This document shows, in pieces, positions 26,033 to 35,226 of a stretch of DNA of 64,000 nt. Every line of letters begins with the position of its first letter. Positions within the stretch are counted from its first letter, which is position 1. The position numbers and the translations under genes were made by a program. This DNA comes from a virus, in the IMG/VR virus record IMGVR_UViG_3300045988_148502; one strand, 5' to 3'. Under the pieces are notes generated by a model, which worked only from the letters and a program-made list of their open reading frames with translations, was not told where the DNA came from and searched no databases.

Positions 26033-26063
26033 CAACGCTTTTTTCGAAATCGCGAGGTCCGCT

Positions 26064-29000
26064 CTATTCAATTATAACGAATTTTCCGCGGAAGGCCAGA
26101 CGCGCCCCGCAGAGCGTGTCCGAGCTCGATGAAGCGAAGTACGCGCCCGCAAAAGCGAGACCGCTGTACGCATACGAGTTGTGGCCGGACCGCAAAACAC
26201 AACGGCCTCGGCTTCCACTTATCCAAAATCCTGCTGCATAATGTGTTACATACATACTTGTATCTCCCTTGTGTACTCTGCTGGGCAATACATCGCACTT
26301 GGCACCATGTACTATGCGCACGACACAATTTCCATTGGAAGCGTCAACTGTTTTAACAGTCCGTTCGGTTTTGTTTACGGGGTCATAAATATGCACTGTA
26401 TAATCTATTGGATATGAACTGTCGTTCTCCGTGCATTTTGCCTTGTAGAACGCTTCATAGCTCGGCACATTAAAAGCGATATAGTCCATCCATTCTGAAT
26501 CACAACCCACATAATGCTTCAATCCAAGTATGGAGTTGAGCGTATTGCCGGTATTATTGCTGTCAGCCATGCCGATGGAATCCAGTTTATTCAGAATGCT
26601 GTCATGTCCGCCATTGCCCACAACCGACTGTTCGTTGGTTGTTCCGCTCAAAGCCCACCATAGATTGCTAATCTCTTTATGCTGTTCGTAATCCTGCAAC
26701 TGATAGCCAACTCCACGTAAGCGGCAGATGTTTTGGAAATCCTTTGCCGTGTAATTCAAACCGCCGATAGGCATCTCAATAGGATTACCCTCACTGTCGT
26801 ATTTCCATTCGTTAGATGTAACGGACGTCCCGTTGCCTTTCTTCGAACGTATATCACCGGAAAGGCTGCGTGGCATCTTCAAACCGTCAACGGTAATAGG
26901 ATATACACCGACCAGACTGTCGTTGTCGCCAACCGTGTGTTCGGTCCATTCAGGTTCTATGGCTTCAATACTGCTGCTGTCTACAACAAGGCACTCTATG
27001 TCGCCAATGTCACGGAAAGAAGTGAAATAAAACCATTTTGCACCGTTAGGTATGTCACAGAACACATAATCACCGATGTTGAAGTCAAAATAGGTATGGC
27101 TTACAGACATGATGAACGTACTGAGCACACGGTTGTTTTCGTCAGTGAACACGCCTCCAAGCCGGGCATGGTTCAGACCGGGCCATCTTACCTGCTTCAT
27201 TCCTCTCACATCCATCTTGTAGCTGTTCGTATTGGATGCGGTGGTTATGACATCCTCGCCTATGACTTCACCGACAACGGCATCAATCGCATACACTCCG
27301 GTATTTTCCATATATAGCAATTCCGACAACAGGGATTTTCTGCTATGCAATGCAGTTGAGAGCGGTTCGGTCTCTGTTATAGAAGGGAAAAAATACTTTA
27401 CTTGGTTCTTGTAGTCGTTCACTCCCTTGTACCAATGGTGCGGAGCATGCCAGAATATATCAAAGCCCTCTCCGGCGGTGTCCGTTATGTCAAAGCTGCT
27501 GCCGTTTTTCAGGTAGTTGAAATCCGTATCGCTTAACTGCACGCCTTCCATCTGGTTTTTCTTCGTGTTGAATGAGCATTTATAGGCATGGCATCCTTTC
27601 TTGATGGCAAGGGTATGCCCGCTTGGAATATATGTGTTGCCATAATCCGCCCCCGTCTTATTTTCGGGATTGCTATACTTCTCACACGAATCATTGTCTA
27701 CCGTATCGCTGATTTTCACAATAGAGAACTGCGAATTATGAAGTTCAAGTTGGGGAAAATACCGGACAAGCTCTTCGATTTCGTTCTGCTCTATCAGTTC
27801 GACCAATATCCATCGTCCGGTTATTCCGCTACACTGTCCTTTTTCATCGTACGCATTACCATTCGCATCCAATCCTATAGCCCCACCGTTTTTTATGGAA
27901 CGAAGCATTTCAACACTCGCCGTAGCATTTACGTTGGGAATACGGACGGTTTTCAATTCACTTGCATTGACCACCTGTTCCAACAGAGTCATCGTATCAA
28001 TATACGGACATTCATTCACGAATATTTTTGTAACCTTACTGACACCACCAAGAGAAAGCCCGCCGGGATAAGTCAGATTAGGCAGATTGTTCAATACAAG
28101 TTCAGTGATAGTACCGGGAAGGGCAAGCGTACTTATCGGAGAAGTTTCAGCAAACGTTATTGCAGACAAAGAAGTATTATCGGCATGCACACTCTCCATT
28201 CGTGGACACTTTGAGCAATTGACGGTTATAATTTCCGTGTTTCGAATATCCAATGTAGTGAGAAACGGCATGTCTCCTAAATCCAAATTGGTAAGAAATC
28301 CGGTGTTTCCAGGCGACATTTTCCATTCCTTATGATTTTCACTACCGAGATACAGTTCCTGTAGCAACGACATTTTTGAAAGGGTATTCCCGAATTGAGG
28401 GTCAATACTTACTTCACTTAAATCTATCATGCTCATGCGGTCTGCCTGATATATGTACAGCATGATGTTTTCCCCATGCTGGAAATCTGTGAATGTACCG
28501 CTTTCCCCTGCCTTCAGAAAGATTCCCTGTGTAATGTTTCCACTATCGTTACCGATACCGAAATACCCACTCTTGGCCGCTTTAAATCTGATGACTGCAC
28601 CTTCTTTTGCACCGATACGTCCACCAATATAACCGCTTTCCGCCTTGAAATCCCCACAGCGGTAGTATCCGTCACGGATGCGCCAGCGTTGTTCTATAAA
28701 AGCGGGAAGAGATGTCAGCCCCAGTCCTTGCAATGCATAGAAATAGAGGTCGTTGTATCCTGTATATTTGATATACTTCCGTTCTCCGTCATAACTTGAA
28801 ACAACCTTAGGCCATTTTTTCATTATCTGTTTTACAAAATAATAGTCAGCTCCCTTGGGAGAAAACGGTCCGGCACCGATTCCAAGTGTATCGGGAAGCG
28901 AACGCATCGTATCTGCTATTGCAGGCAATGTAATTGTATTGGCATTTTGGTCTACATCCATAGTCTGCTGACCACGTATATCATTCCAAAGCACGCTTCC

Positions 29001-32000
29001 TCTTCCGGCGTATGCACTGTTTGTCAGATCACCGGGGTCAACTTCCGGGTCAATGGTTTGCCCGCCGTCATTATCCTTACCGTTGCAGGTATCACAGTCA
29101 TAAACTTTATTAAGGTACATTCTTCGCGCTTCCATACCGTTTGCTCCGCTATAAACACCGTCCTTGACGCTACAGCCGTCTTCAAGGAAGAACATCGGTT
29201 GCATGTTTTTCGCCTGTTGGTCGACAGCGGCAAGATAATCGGTGAAAAGATAATAGGAAACCAACGAGTATGGATTGATGTATTTCCACATCTGTGTCTT
29301 CCAAATTTCCTGCCATTTCCCTGCGAGCTCTTCCTTGGCATAATCGCAACTGTCGCAGAATTTCAGTACTTGGTACAGGTCGAACGGTACTTTCCGTCCC
29401 ATGGCCAGGTCTATCTGTAACTGGTCATCGTCAATCATGCACTCGAAGTAACGTGTCCACATCGGGTAGGTTTCCTGTCCGAGTTTGAGTTTCGTTACCC
29501 ACGAGGACTCTGCGGTAGTAGGTTCCATCATGTCTTCAACGCTGCCAACCCCTTGCCACCAGTTCATTCCATCATATGTGAGCAATTCGTAACCGCTTAC
29601 CGGATTAAGGACCTTGCCTGTAATCTTCCACTTGCCGTTTTCCTGCTTCATCTCTCCGGCTTGTCGCGTCCACTCTCCCCGTTCGTATGACATAAACCGG
29701 TAGTCCTGCCCGCAATATAGGGAAAGAAGATAAAGCTTTTCTTTATCGGTGGTAATATCATTCTTGAAACGTGTTTCTATCTGGTCGATGCTTTCGCCCT
29801 TTTGTCCGAAATATTCCACAAAATCTCCATAGTTCACGCAGCCTTTATTGTAACCGGGAGTATCTTTAAACCCAAGCGCAACCTGTTCTCCCTTATCCTC
29901 CTTCCAGTTCCCTTTTGCATGAAACCATGCGTCTGTCAAGCTTTCCTGTGTAGCACGGAATGCGGCAATGGGATGATTGGCTGTCGAGTGATTCATTTCC
30001 AATCCCTTTAATGATATGTCACTCTTTGCCCAAGTTCCATCAAATGAACGCTGTGCGGGAGTCAGGTAATTACTTCCGAGTGCACGAAATGTGGCGTTCA
30101 TCAAACCGCACACACCGCAGTCGTTGGCATTGGAGCTGTCGGAATAATCCACTTTCACCGTTATTATTTTTACCGGAATAGAATCTTCGCCTACACGGAC
30201 ATAACCTATTCTCATCAGTTTATATGATATTTGAGCATCTTCACTGTCATAATCCGGATAAATAGGAGTTACCTCCCAGCCATCATTCTTTTGAAGATAG
30301 AAACGGTCGTTCTTGATAGGCCGTTTTGCCGAAGTGGTTCCCTGCCTGCGCCATTGCACATTGATAGCCTTAAAACTTCTCCACGGCATAGTCGGATGAT
30401 AATAGAACAACGTACATTTGAACTTCTTGCTTGTATCAATATCACCGTCAAACGTGTCAAAAGTTTGCTGGTCTGACACGACCACATAATAAGGTATGCC
30501 TTTTGCGGAAAGGGCTTCTATTGTCGGACGATTCTGTGTATCAAGCACATTCTCCGCTTCATACTCCTGTATCATTGCTGAAGTATCAGTCAACTTGCAC
30601 AAATAGTTTCTAAAAGCTTGCGCCCATTCATAATGACTGTTGTAGGCAAGTACATAATACAAATACAAGTCTCCTTCCGTTCCGTCAAATGTTATGGTTT
30701 TTGAATTAAGGATAGCACCGCTATTACTGATATATCCTATACAGCCGACCTCTTCACCATTCAAATACAGTTTGATACAGGAATAATTGCTTCCCCCACG
30801 TGATACATAAATGGTAGATGGTTCTACAACTACGGCCATGGTAATTTTTTCACCTTGTCGGAATGAGCGTTCCACCAAAGCCGGTTGTCCGGTCTTGCAG
30901 TATATCGCAGCTTTATTTCCACAGACATAGAAACCGGCTCCGCTATCAGGGTCATAGCATTCTATCAGCTTTGAATCAGCTTCCTTGATATTTTTGGTGG
31001 CAAAGGCAAATTGGATGGCACATCCGCTCGTAGTTTCCACTGATGCGTTTCCAAAAGGATGGTAATCCAATATTTCAGCTGTTACATTTTCTGCAATACG
31101 CAAAGAACGCTCCTTAAGAAAGTCTACAAATCCGTTGCTTGACCAGTTTGCACCTCGTACATCCATTGTCACTCCGTTATGTGTGATAGTATGATCGCTC
31201 TCACTGTTGCTACGTGTAGAAAAATCATATCCGAACAAAGCACCGTCCTTGATCGCTATATCAATGGCACTCCCTTTTATCGTAACCTTGATTTCATTGG
31301 TGGATACACCGCCACTTTCGGCATGTACGGTAATACTTTGGCTTCCGTCCGTACTATATCCGCTTATCTGCTTGTTCACTGTAACCGTTTCGGCAATCAT
31401 AGCTTCCACAGCTGTAACTTTCTCCTCGCTGTAGAAAACATCTACATGCGTTTCAGTCTTGCCGGGAGTATACGCAGCCACCTCTACGGTAAGGTTGTCA
31501 TATAAACGTAACGTGCCGTTGTTCTTGTCATTGAACCTGATGGCGACGATGGGAGTATTACTGTTTTCGTCCACACACATGATAGCGGAATAGATGGTGT
31601 TTCCCTTTACTCCGGATTTCTTCTCCGTACCGTATATTCGTACAGGATATGCGCCATGCGAAAGTCTTTCTCCGCCACCGAATACATTTGTTGGATTGAC
31701 AGAGATGCCTTTGGTATAACTGTCGCTTACCGTTGCTTCACCAAGTTTCTTCCATTCTCCATTATAGAACATCTCCACTACTGCAAGAATGGATGAAGTG
31801 TTATTAGGGAATTTATAGAATTGTCCGATATTTTTTGCCGGACCACCTGCAACAAGGATAGTATCACTTGTGTAATTCAAAGCCATGGGTTGTTCTACGG
31901 TAATATCCACAGCCATAATGGTAATGGCTTTTTTCTTGGTATTTCCATCCGAATCTGTAGCTTGCACAAAGAAGCTTTTGCTGGCGGCACTGCTGAAATA

Positions 32001-34001
32001 ACTTGTGAAGTCAAGTTCAAACTTGTAATCGGTCGCACTTGCAGAGCCTACAGTGTTCATATCCTCACTGGATAATGTCAGTCCGGTGCTTGCATCAATA
32101 ATAGTGATGTTACGAATGACACCAAGCACCTCGTTACCATCAGGATAGCTGACACTACGCAAAGCTACATTGATTTTTATCTCTGAGCCGAATGCCATAA
32201 TAGGAGCGGCTTCCTCGAAGTAGATAGACAATGTACTATCCTCACTGGAGCCGCCACCACCTCCATTTTTGGGTATTTTAAGCACAATATCCTCTATCTG
32301 TCCGCCATTCAGATTGGTGGCTTTGTAGTAAATGTAGTCTTCATCACTTTCTTCATCAAATCCGCCGATAGCTTTCTCCTGCATTATGTATGCCCCGCCT
32401 GTGGAAAGGGCATCTTTTCCTCCCTCTGCCGGTTTGTCGGATGTTTCCACCTTGCTTCCGCCACTGCCGAATGCTACCCACGGTTTCAGATCATCAGGGC
32501 TGATGTCACTCTTATCGCGTGTGAACTGATAGGCAAGCCATACAGGTGCGCCATTTTTATCACTTTCCGCAGTCTTGAATGTAAGGACGATACCGCTTTT
32601 CAAATAAGAGAACCCGCTTTCTTTCTCAAGGTCAACAACAGCTTTTATGGCTGTTCCCAAAGTATATTCTCCATCTCCGCAAAGGTCGTTCACGTTGATG
32701 GTGTTGCCTACGTTTCCACCACCGGAAGTCCCGAAATCCGTCCAGTTGCTTTCTTTACTCCAATCAGAGGTATTTGTCCATTGTTTTGAAACCCATCCGG
32801 CTTCTGTAAGGAATATCAAGACAACACCCGGAATCTGCAAAGCAGAAGCATATTCAGAAGTCGCACACCTGTCAAGTGCTACGGAAAATGTTATCTCCCT
32901 ATCTGAAAGGTCAAACAGATGGTTGACATTCACAACGCTACGCGATACGACTTGTTTATTGAGTGAAAGTATTGCCTTCTTGTTTTCTTCGACCTGCTTC
33001 ATATCTTCCTGTAACTTCGCACCTTCATCACCGGGGAATGCAGTAGAGCTTGTATGTCCGAGAGCAAGGTCGGAGCCAATTGAAGTCAGTTGTTTACCGC
33101 TCCAACGATAACTTTTTCCATCTTCTTCACATAGAAAGACTTTGCCGGAAGAGGGTATTCGCCCGTTTGTACTTGCCGTACCGAAAACATCTGCATCCAA
33201 CCAGTTGTTATAATAAGTAGCAGTCTCGGATTCTCCGATTGTCGGAACGTATGCAAGCACAAAGCAACCATGTTCCTTATCATATACAACTTTACAACCC
33301 TCATCGTTGGAATTTTTGTCTATGGATTCATTTTTTACAGTAATGCCTACGGAAATGCCATAAAAATCTACCACGTCATCAATGTATCCGGGCAAATGTC
33401 GGCTCGGTACTTTCCCTTGTTCGTCAAGAGGGGCGATTCCTCCGTTTTCACCTTTTGATTCTTTGAAAGAGTTCAGTTGGCTTCCAACTTCATTCGCCTT
33501 GTTGTTTGCCTTGTTTGCGGTATCCTTGGTCGTGTTTACTTGGTCTTGCAACGAGTTGACACTATCACCAAGCGTGGTGAGGTTGGTGTCTTGCGCTTTG
33601 TTGCGGGCTTCTATATCCGTAATGTCGTCCTGCAGTTTGGTAATATCCTCTTGCAGTTTTTCTACGGCTTCGTTATACTGACCGCTGTCTATGGTCGGGT
33701 TGCCTCCACTCTGTCCGGTCGGGACCCATTCTCCGCCATCGCCCACATATATGGGAGCTGGTAAGGAAACACCCACAAGTGCCCACCATCCGTCATGTGG
33801 TAAAGGATAAGCCGCTTTCAGTTTTTCGATGGTCGTGAACAGTCCTTTGCTCACTCCCTTGATATTTTTTGCCTCAAGCCAGCCGTCCACCATTACGTTT
33901 CCTTTCAAGTGGGTCTTTCCCTGAACGGTCGCGTCACCACCTATCGCTGTATTGCGACCAACGGAGACATCACCGTCTATATGTTTTGATTCGTAACTCA
34001 T
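26064..34001 (-). CDS. giant tail-fibre / receptor-binding protein (2645 aa), DGR target
   Basis: The N-terminus has a beta-helix-like repeat, a coiled coil and GIAPLDEQGKVPSRHLP (a common phage-fibre motif, 33378-33450). LRR-like block around 27950-28320 (LTNLDLGDMPFLTTLDIRNTEI...). The C-terminal VR reads ...GRCVLRSGHNSYAYSGLAFAGAYFASSSSDTLCGARLAFRG, as in C-type-lectin-fold DGR targets. Confidence 0.85.
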   Translation of the reverse strand: MSYESKHIDGDVSVGRNTAIGGDATVQGKTHLKGNVMVDGWLEAKNIKGVSKGLFTTIEKLKAAYPLPHDGWWALVGVSLPAPIYVGDGGEWVPTGQSGGNPTIDSGQYNEAVEKLQEDITKLQDDITDIEARNKAQDTNLTTLGDSVNSLQDQVNTTKDTANKANNKANEVGSQLNSFKESKGENGGIAPLDEQGKVPSRHLPGYIDDVVDFYGISVGITVKNESIDKNSNDEGCKVVYDKEHGCFVLAYVPTIGESETATYYNNWLDADVFGTASTNGRIPSSGKVFLCEEDGKSYRWSGKQLTSIGSDLALGHTSSTAFPGDEGAKLQEDMKQVEENKKAILSLNKQVVSRSVVNVNHLFDLSDREITFSVALDRCATSEYASALQIPGVVLIFLTEAGWVSKQWTNTSDWSKESNWTDFGTSGGGNVGNTINVNDLCGDGEYTLGTAIKAVVDLEKESGFSYLKSGIVLTFKTAESDKNGAPVWLAYQFTRDKSDISPDDLKPWVAFGSGGSKVETSDKPAEGGKDALSTGGAYIMQEKAIGGFDEESDEDYIYYKATNLNGGQIEDIVLKIPKNGGGGGSSEDSTLSIYFEEAAPIMAFGSEIKINVALRSVSYPDGNEVLGVIRNITIIDASTGLTLSSEDMNTVGSASATDYKFELDFTSYFSSAASKSFFVQATDSDGNTKKKAITIMAVDITVEQPMALNYTSDTILVAGGPAKNIGQFYKFPNNTSSILAVVEMFYNGEWKKLGEATVSDSYTKGISVNPTNVFGGGERLSHGAYPVRIYGTEKKSGVKGNTIYSAIMCVDENSNTPIVAIRFNDKNNGTLRLYDNLTVEVAAYTPGKTETHVDVFYSEEKVTAVEAMIAETVTVNKQISGYSTDGSQSITVHAESGGVSTNEIKVTIKGSAIDIAIKDGALFGYDFSTRSNSESDHTITHNGVTMDVRGANWSSNGFVDFLKERSLRIAENVTAEILDYHPFGNASVETTSGCAIQFAFATKNIKEADSKLIECYDPDSGAGFYVCGNKAAIYCKTGQPALVERSFRQGEKITMAVVVEPSTIYVSRGGSNYSCIKLYLNGEEVGCIGYISNSGAILNSKTITFDGTEGDLYLYYVLAYNSHYEWAQAFRNYLCKLTDTSAMIQEYEAENVLDTQNRPTIEALSAKGIPYYVVVSDQQTFDTFDGDIDTSKKFKCTLFYYHPTMPWRSFKAINVQWRRQGTTSAKRPIKNDRFYLQKNDGWEVTPIYPDYDSEDAQISYKLMRIGYVRVGEDSIPVKIITVKVDYSDSSNANDCGVCGLMNATFRALGSNYLTPAQRSFDGTWAKSDISLKGLEMNHSTANHPIAAFRATQESLTDAWFHAKGNWKEDKGEQVALGFKDTPGYNKGCVNYGDFVEYFGQKGESIDQIETRFKNDITTDKEKLYLLSLYCGQDYRFMSYERGEWTRQAGEMKQENGKWKITGKVLNPVSGYELLTYDGMNWWQGVGSVEDMMEPTTAESSWVTKLKLGQETYPMWTRYFECMIDDDQLQIDLAMGRKVPFDLYQVLKFCDSCDYAKEELAGKWQEIWKTQMWKYINPYSLVSYYLFTDYLAAVDQQAKNMQPMFFLEDGCSVKDGVYSGANGMEARRMYLNKVYDCDTCNGKDNDGGQTIDPEVDPGDLTNSAYAGRGSVLWNDIRGQQTMDVDQNANTITLPAIADTMRSLPDTLGIGAGPFSPKGADYYFVKQIMKKWPKVVSSYDGERKYIKYTGYNDLYFYALQGLGLTSLPAFIEQRWRIRDGYYRCGDFKAESGYIGGRIGAKEGAVIRFKAAKSGYFGIGNDSGNITQGIFLKAGESGTFTDFQHGENIMLYIYQADRMSMIDLSEVSIDPQFGNTLSKMSLLQELYLGSENHKEWKMSPGNTGFLTNLDLGDMPFLTTLDIRNTEIITVNCSKCPRMESVHADNTSLSAITFAETSPISTLALPGTITELVLNNLPNLTYPGGLSLGGVSKVTKIFVNECPYIDTMTLLEQVVNASELKTVRIPNVNATASVEMLRSIKNGGAIGLDANGNAYDEKGQCSGITGRWILVELIEQNEIEELVRYFPQLELHNSQFSIVKISDTVDNDSCEKYSNPENKTGADYGNTYIPSGHTLAIKKGCHAYKCSFNTKKNQMEGVQLSDTDFNYLKNGSSFDITDTAGEGFDIFWHAPHHWYKGVNDYKNQVKYFFPSITETEPLSTALHSRKSLLSELLYMENTGVYAIDAVVGEVIGEDVITTASNTNSYKMDVRGMKQVRWPGLNHARLGGVFTDENNRVLSTFIMSVSHTYFDFNIGDYVFCDIPNGAKWFYFTSFRDIGDIECLVVDSSSIEAIEPEWTEHTVGDNDSLVGVYPITVDGLKMPRSLSGDIRSKKGNGTSVTSNEWKYDSEGNPIEMPIGGLNYTAKDFQNICRLRGVGYQLQDYEQHKEISNLWWALSGTTNEQSVVGNGGHDSILNKLDSIGMADSNNTGNTLNSILGLKHYVGCDSEWMDYIAFNVPSYEAFYKAKCTENDSSYPIDYTVHIYDPVNKTERTVKTVDASNGNCVVRIVHGAKCDVLPSRVHKGDTSMYVTHYAAGFWISGSRGRCVLRSGHNSYAYSGLAFAGAYFASSSSDTLCGARLAFRGKFVIIE
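26091..26206 (-). repeat. DGR variable repeat (VR), 116 nt, encoding the C-terminal ~39 residues of the fibre protein
   Basis: Counterpart of the TR. Lies in-frame at the extreme 3' end of ORF 26064-34001. Its 3' boundary (aaa to gcc) could be mutagenesis or IMH/IMH* divergence. Confidence 0.95.
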
Positions 34002-34636
34002 ATTAATACAGATTTAGCCAATTCGTTCAATGCGGCACTTTTTTCCGTATCGCCGAATGTCGTTAATACTAATGCAGCTATGGTATATATCACAGCATCA
34101 TAACATTTCTCACAGATTTCTACCGCGCCATATTTGTCTATTTTCGGGTAAGGCAGATATACAGCACGGCTCACTTTCGCTTCTGTCGTTTTGCAAGAAT
34201 AAAATTCCATCACTCTTCCTTCTGGCCGTATGGATATGGCGCATACAGGCCGTTGACATGTTCCCCTTATGCCTTTAAATCGGGAAGACTGTTTTTCATA
34301 TTCAGGGTCATCGGTGTTTATGGGATTAAATACCGCACGCTCCCAATCGTTCATTTGGAAAACGACAAAACGCATGAAATCTTCCGGCAGTAATATCCAT
34401 CCGCTTTCATGCTCTTTCCAATATATGGCATCACCGAAGTTGTGTCCGCCGTCAAGCAAATAGGACGGTGCAGAGCTGTGCACACGCTTTACTGCTTCCA
34501 AAATCTTTGATGCAATGATGTCGTCAAGTGCAAGAGTGTCCACATCGCCTATAATCTTCAACGTATCGCTGTTCATGTTTTGGTCCAGGGCGGTGCGTAC
34601 ATCCTCCTGTATTTTGTTCTTCTGATATACAGCCAT
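33998..34636 (-). CDS. hypothetical virion protein (212 aa), translationally coupled to the fibre gene
   Basis: ATGA overlap with the fibre gene start (33998-34001). Lies between the capsid-side genes and the fibre. Confidence 0.6.
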   Translation of the reverse strand: MAVYQKNKIQEDVRTALDQNMNSDTLKIIGDVDTLALDDIIASKILEAVKRVHSSAPSYLLDGGHNFGDAIYWKEHESGWILLPEDFMRFVVFQMNDWERAVFNPINTDDPEYEKQSSRFKGIRGTCQRPVCAISIRPEGRVMEFYSCKTTEAKVSRAVYLPYPKIDKYGAVEICEKCYDAVIYTIAALVLTTFGDTEKSAALNELAKSVLI

Positions 34637-34648
34637 AAGCCCTTATCT

Positions 34649-35182
34649 TTATTCCAGACCTTCAAACTCAATTCCGTTTGCTGCTGCCTGCTCCATGATT
34701 GCCTTGGTCGAGCGCATGGAAGTGCGGCTGATACCGAAAGTGTCTGCAAGGTAATCTTTTGCACTTGCAATGTCGCTTACTTTGACTTTGCGAGATGTCG
34801 TATTGTTATCCCCTGCGTCTTCTTGCGGCATTTCGTCCTGTCTGCCGGTTTCGTTGGCAGGCGTGTCTTCACCATTGTGCGTACTTTCGGCATGAAGTTT
34901 TTCAGATGAACCGTTTTTAGACGCTTTTCCGGCTGTTTCTACTGTCTCGGATTGCCCGTGCACAGAATGAAGTTTGAACAGTTTGCCAAACTTGTAATGG
35001 TTCTCTACAGACTTCTGTATGTCCTCGTTGTCGGTAGTGAATACACTGCTTCCGTTTGACAATGGAACGAATGCGATATGCAGGTTCTTCTTGCTCGGAA
35101 GTACCACATTAATACTGATATTGGTATTCGCCTTGTAGGTTTTCGTAATCATATTCTTAAAAGTAAAAAGGGGACGGGACAC
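34649..35182 (-). CDS. hypothetical protein downstream of the capsid gene (177 aa)
   Basis: ORF track. Disordered middle region. A decoration or head-associated role is positional guesswork only. Confidence 0.55.
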   Translation of the reverse strand: MSRPLFTFKNMITKTYKANTNISINVVLPSKKNLHIAFVPLSNGSSVFTTDNEDIQKSVENHYKFGKLFKLHSVHGQSETVETAGKASKNGSSEKLHAESTHNGEDTPANETGRQDEMPQEDAGDNNTTSRKVKVSDIASAKDYLADTFGISRTSMRSTKAIMEQAAANGIEFEGLE

Positions 35183-35226
35183 CTTATCCCATCCCCGGTA
35201 ATTAATAATTCTTTATGAACTCTTTA

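Noticed and set aside
26068-26328. 86-aa - strand ORF overlapping the VR
   Set aside because: It is an alternative frame inside the 2645-aa fibre gene, and the in-frame reading of the VR belongs to the fibre ORF.
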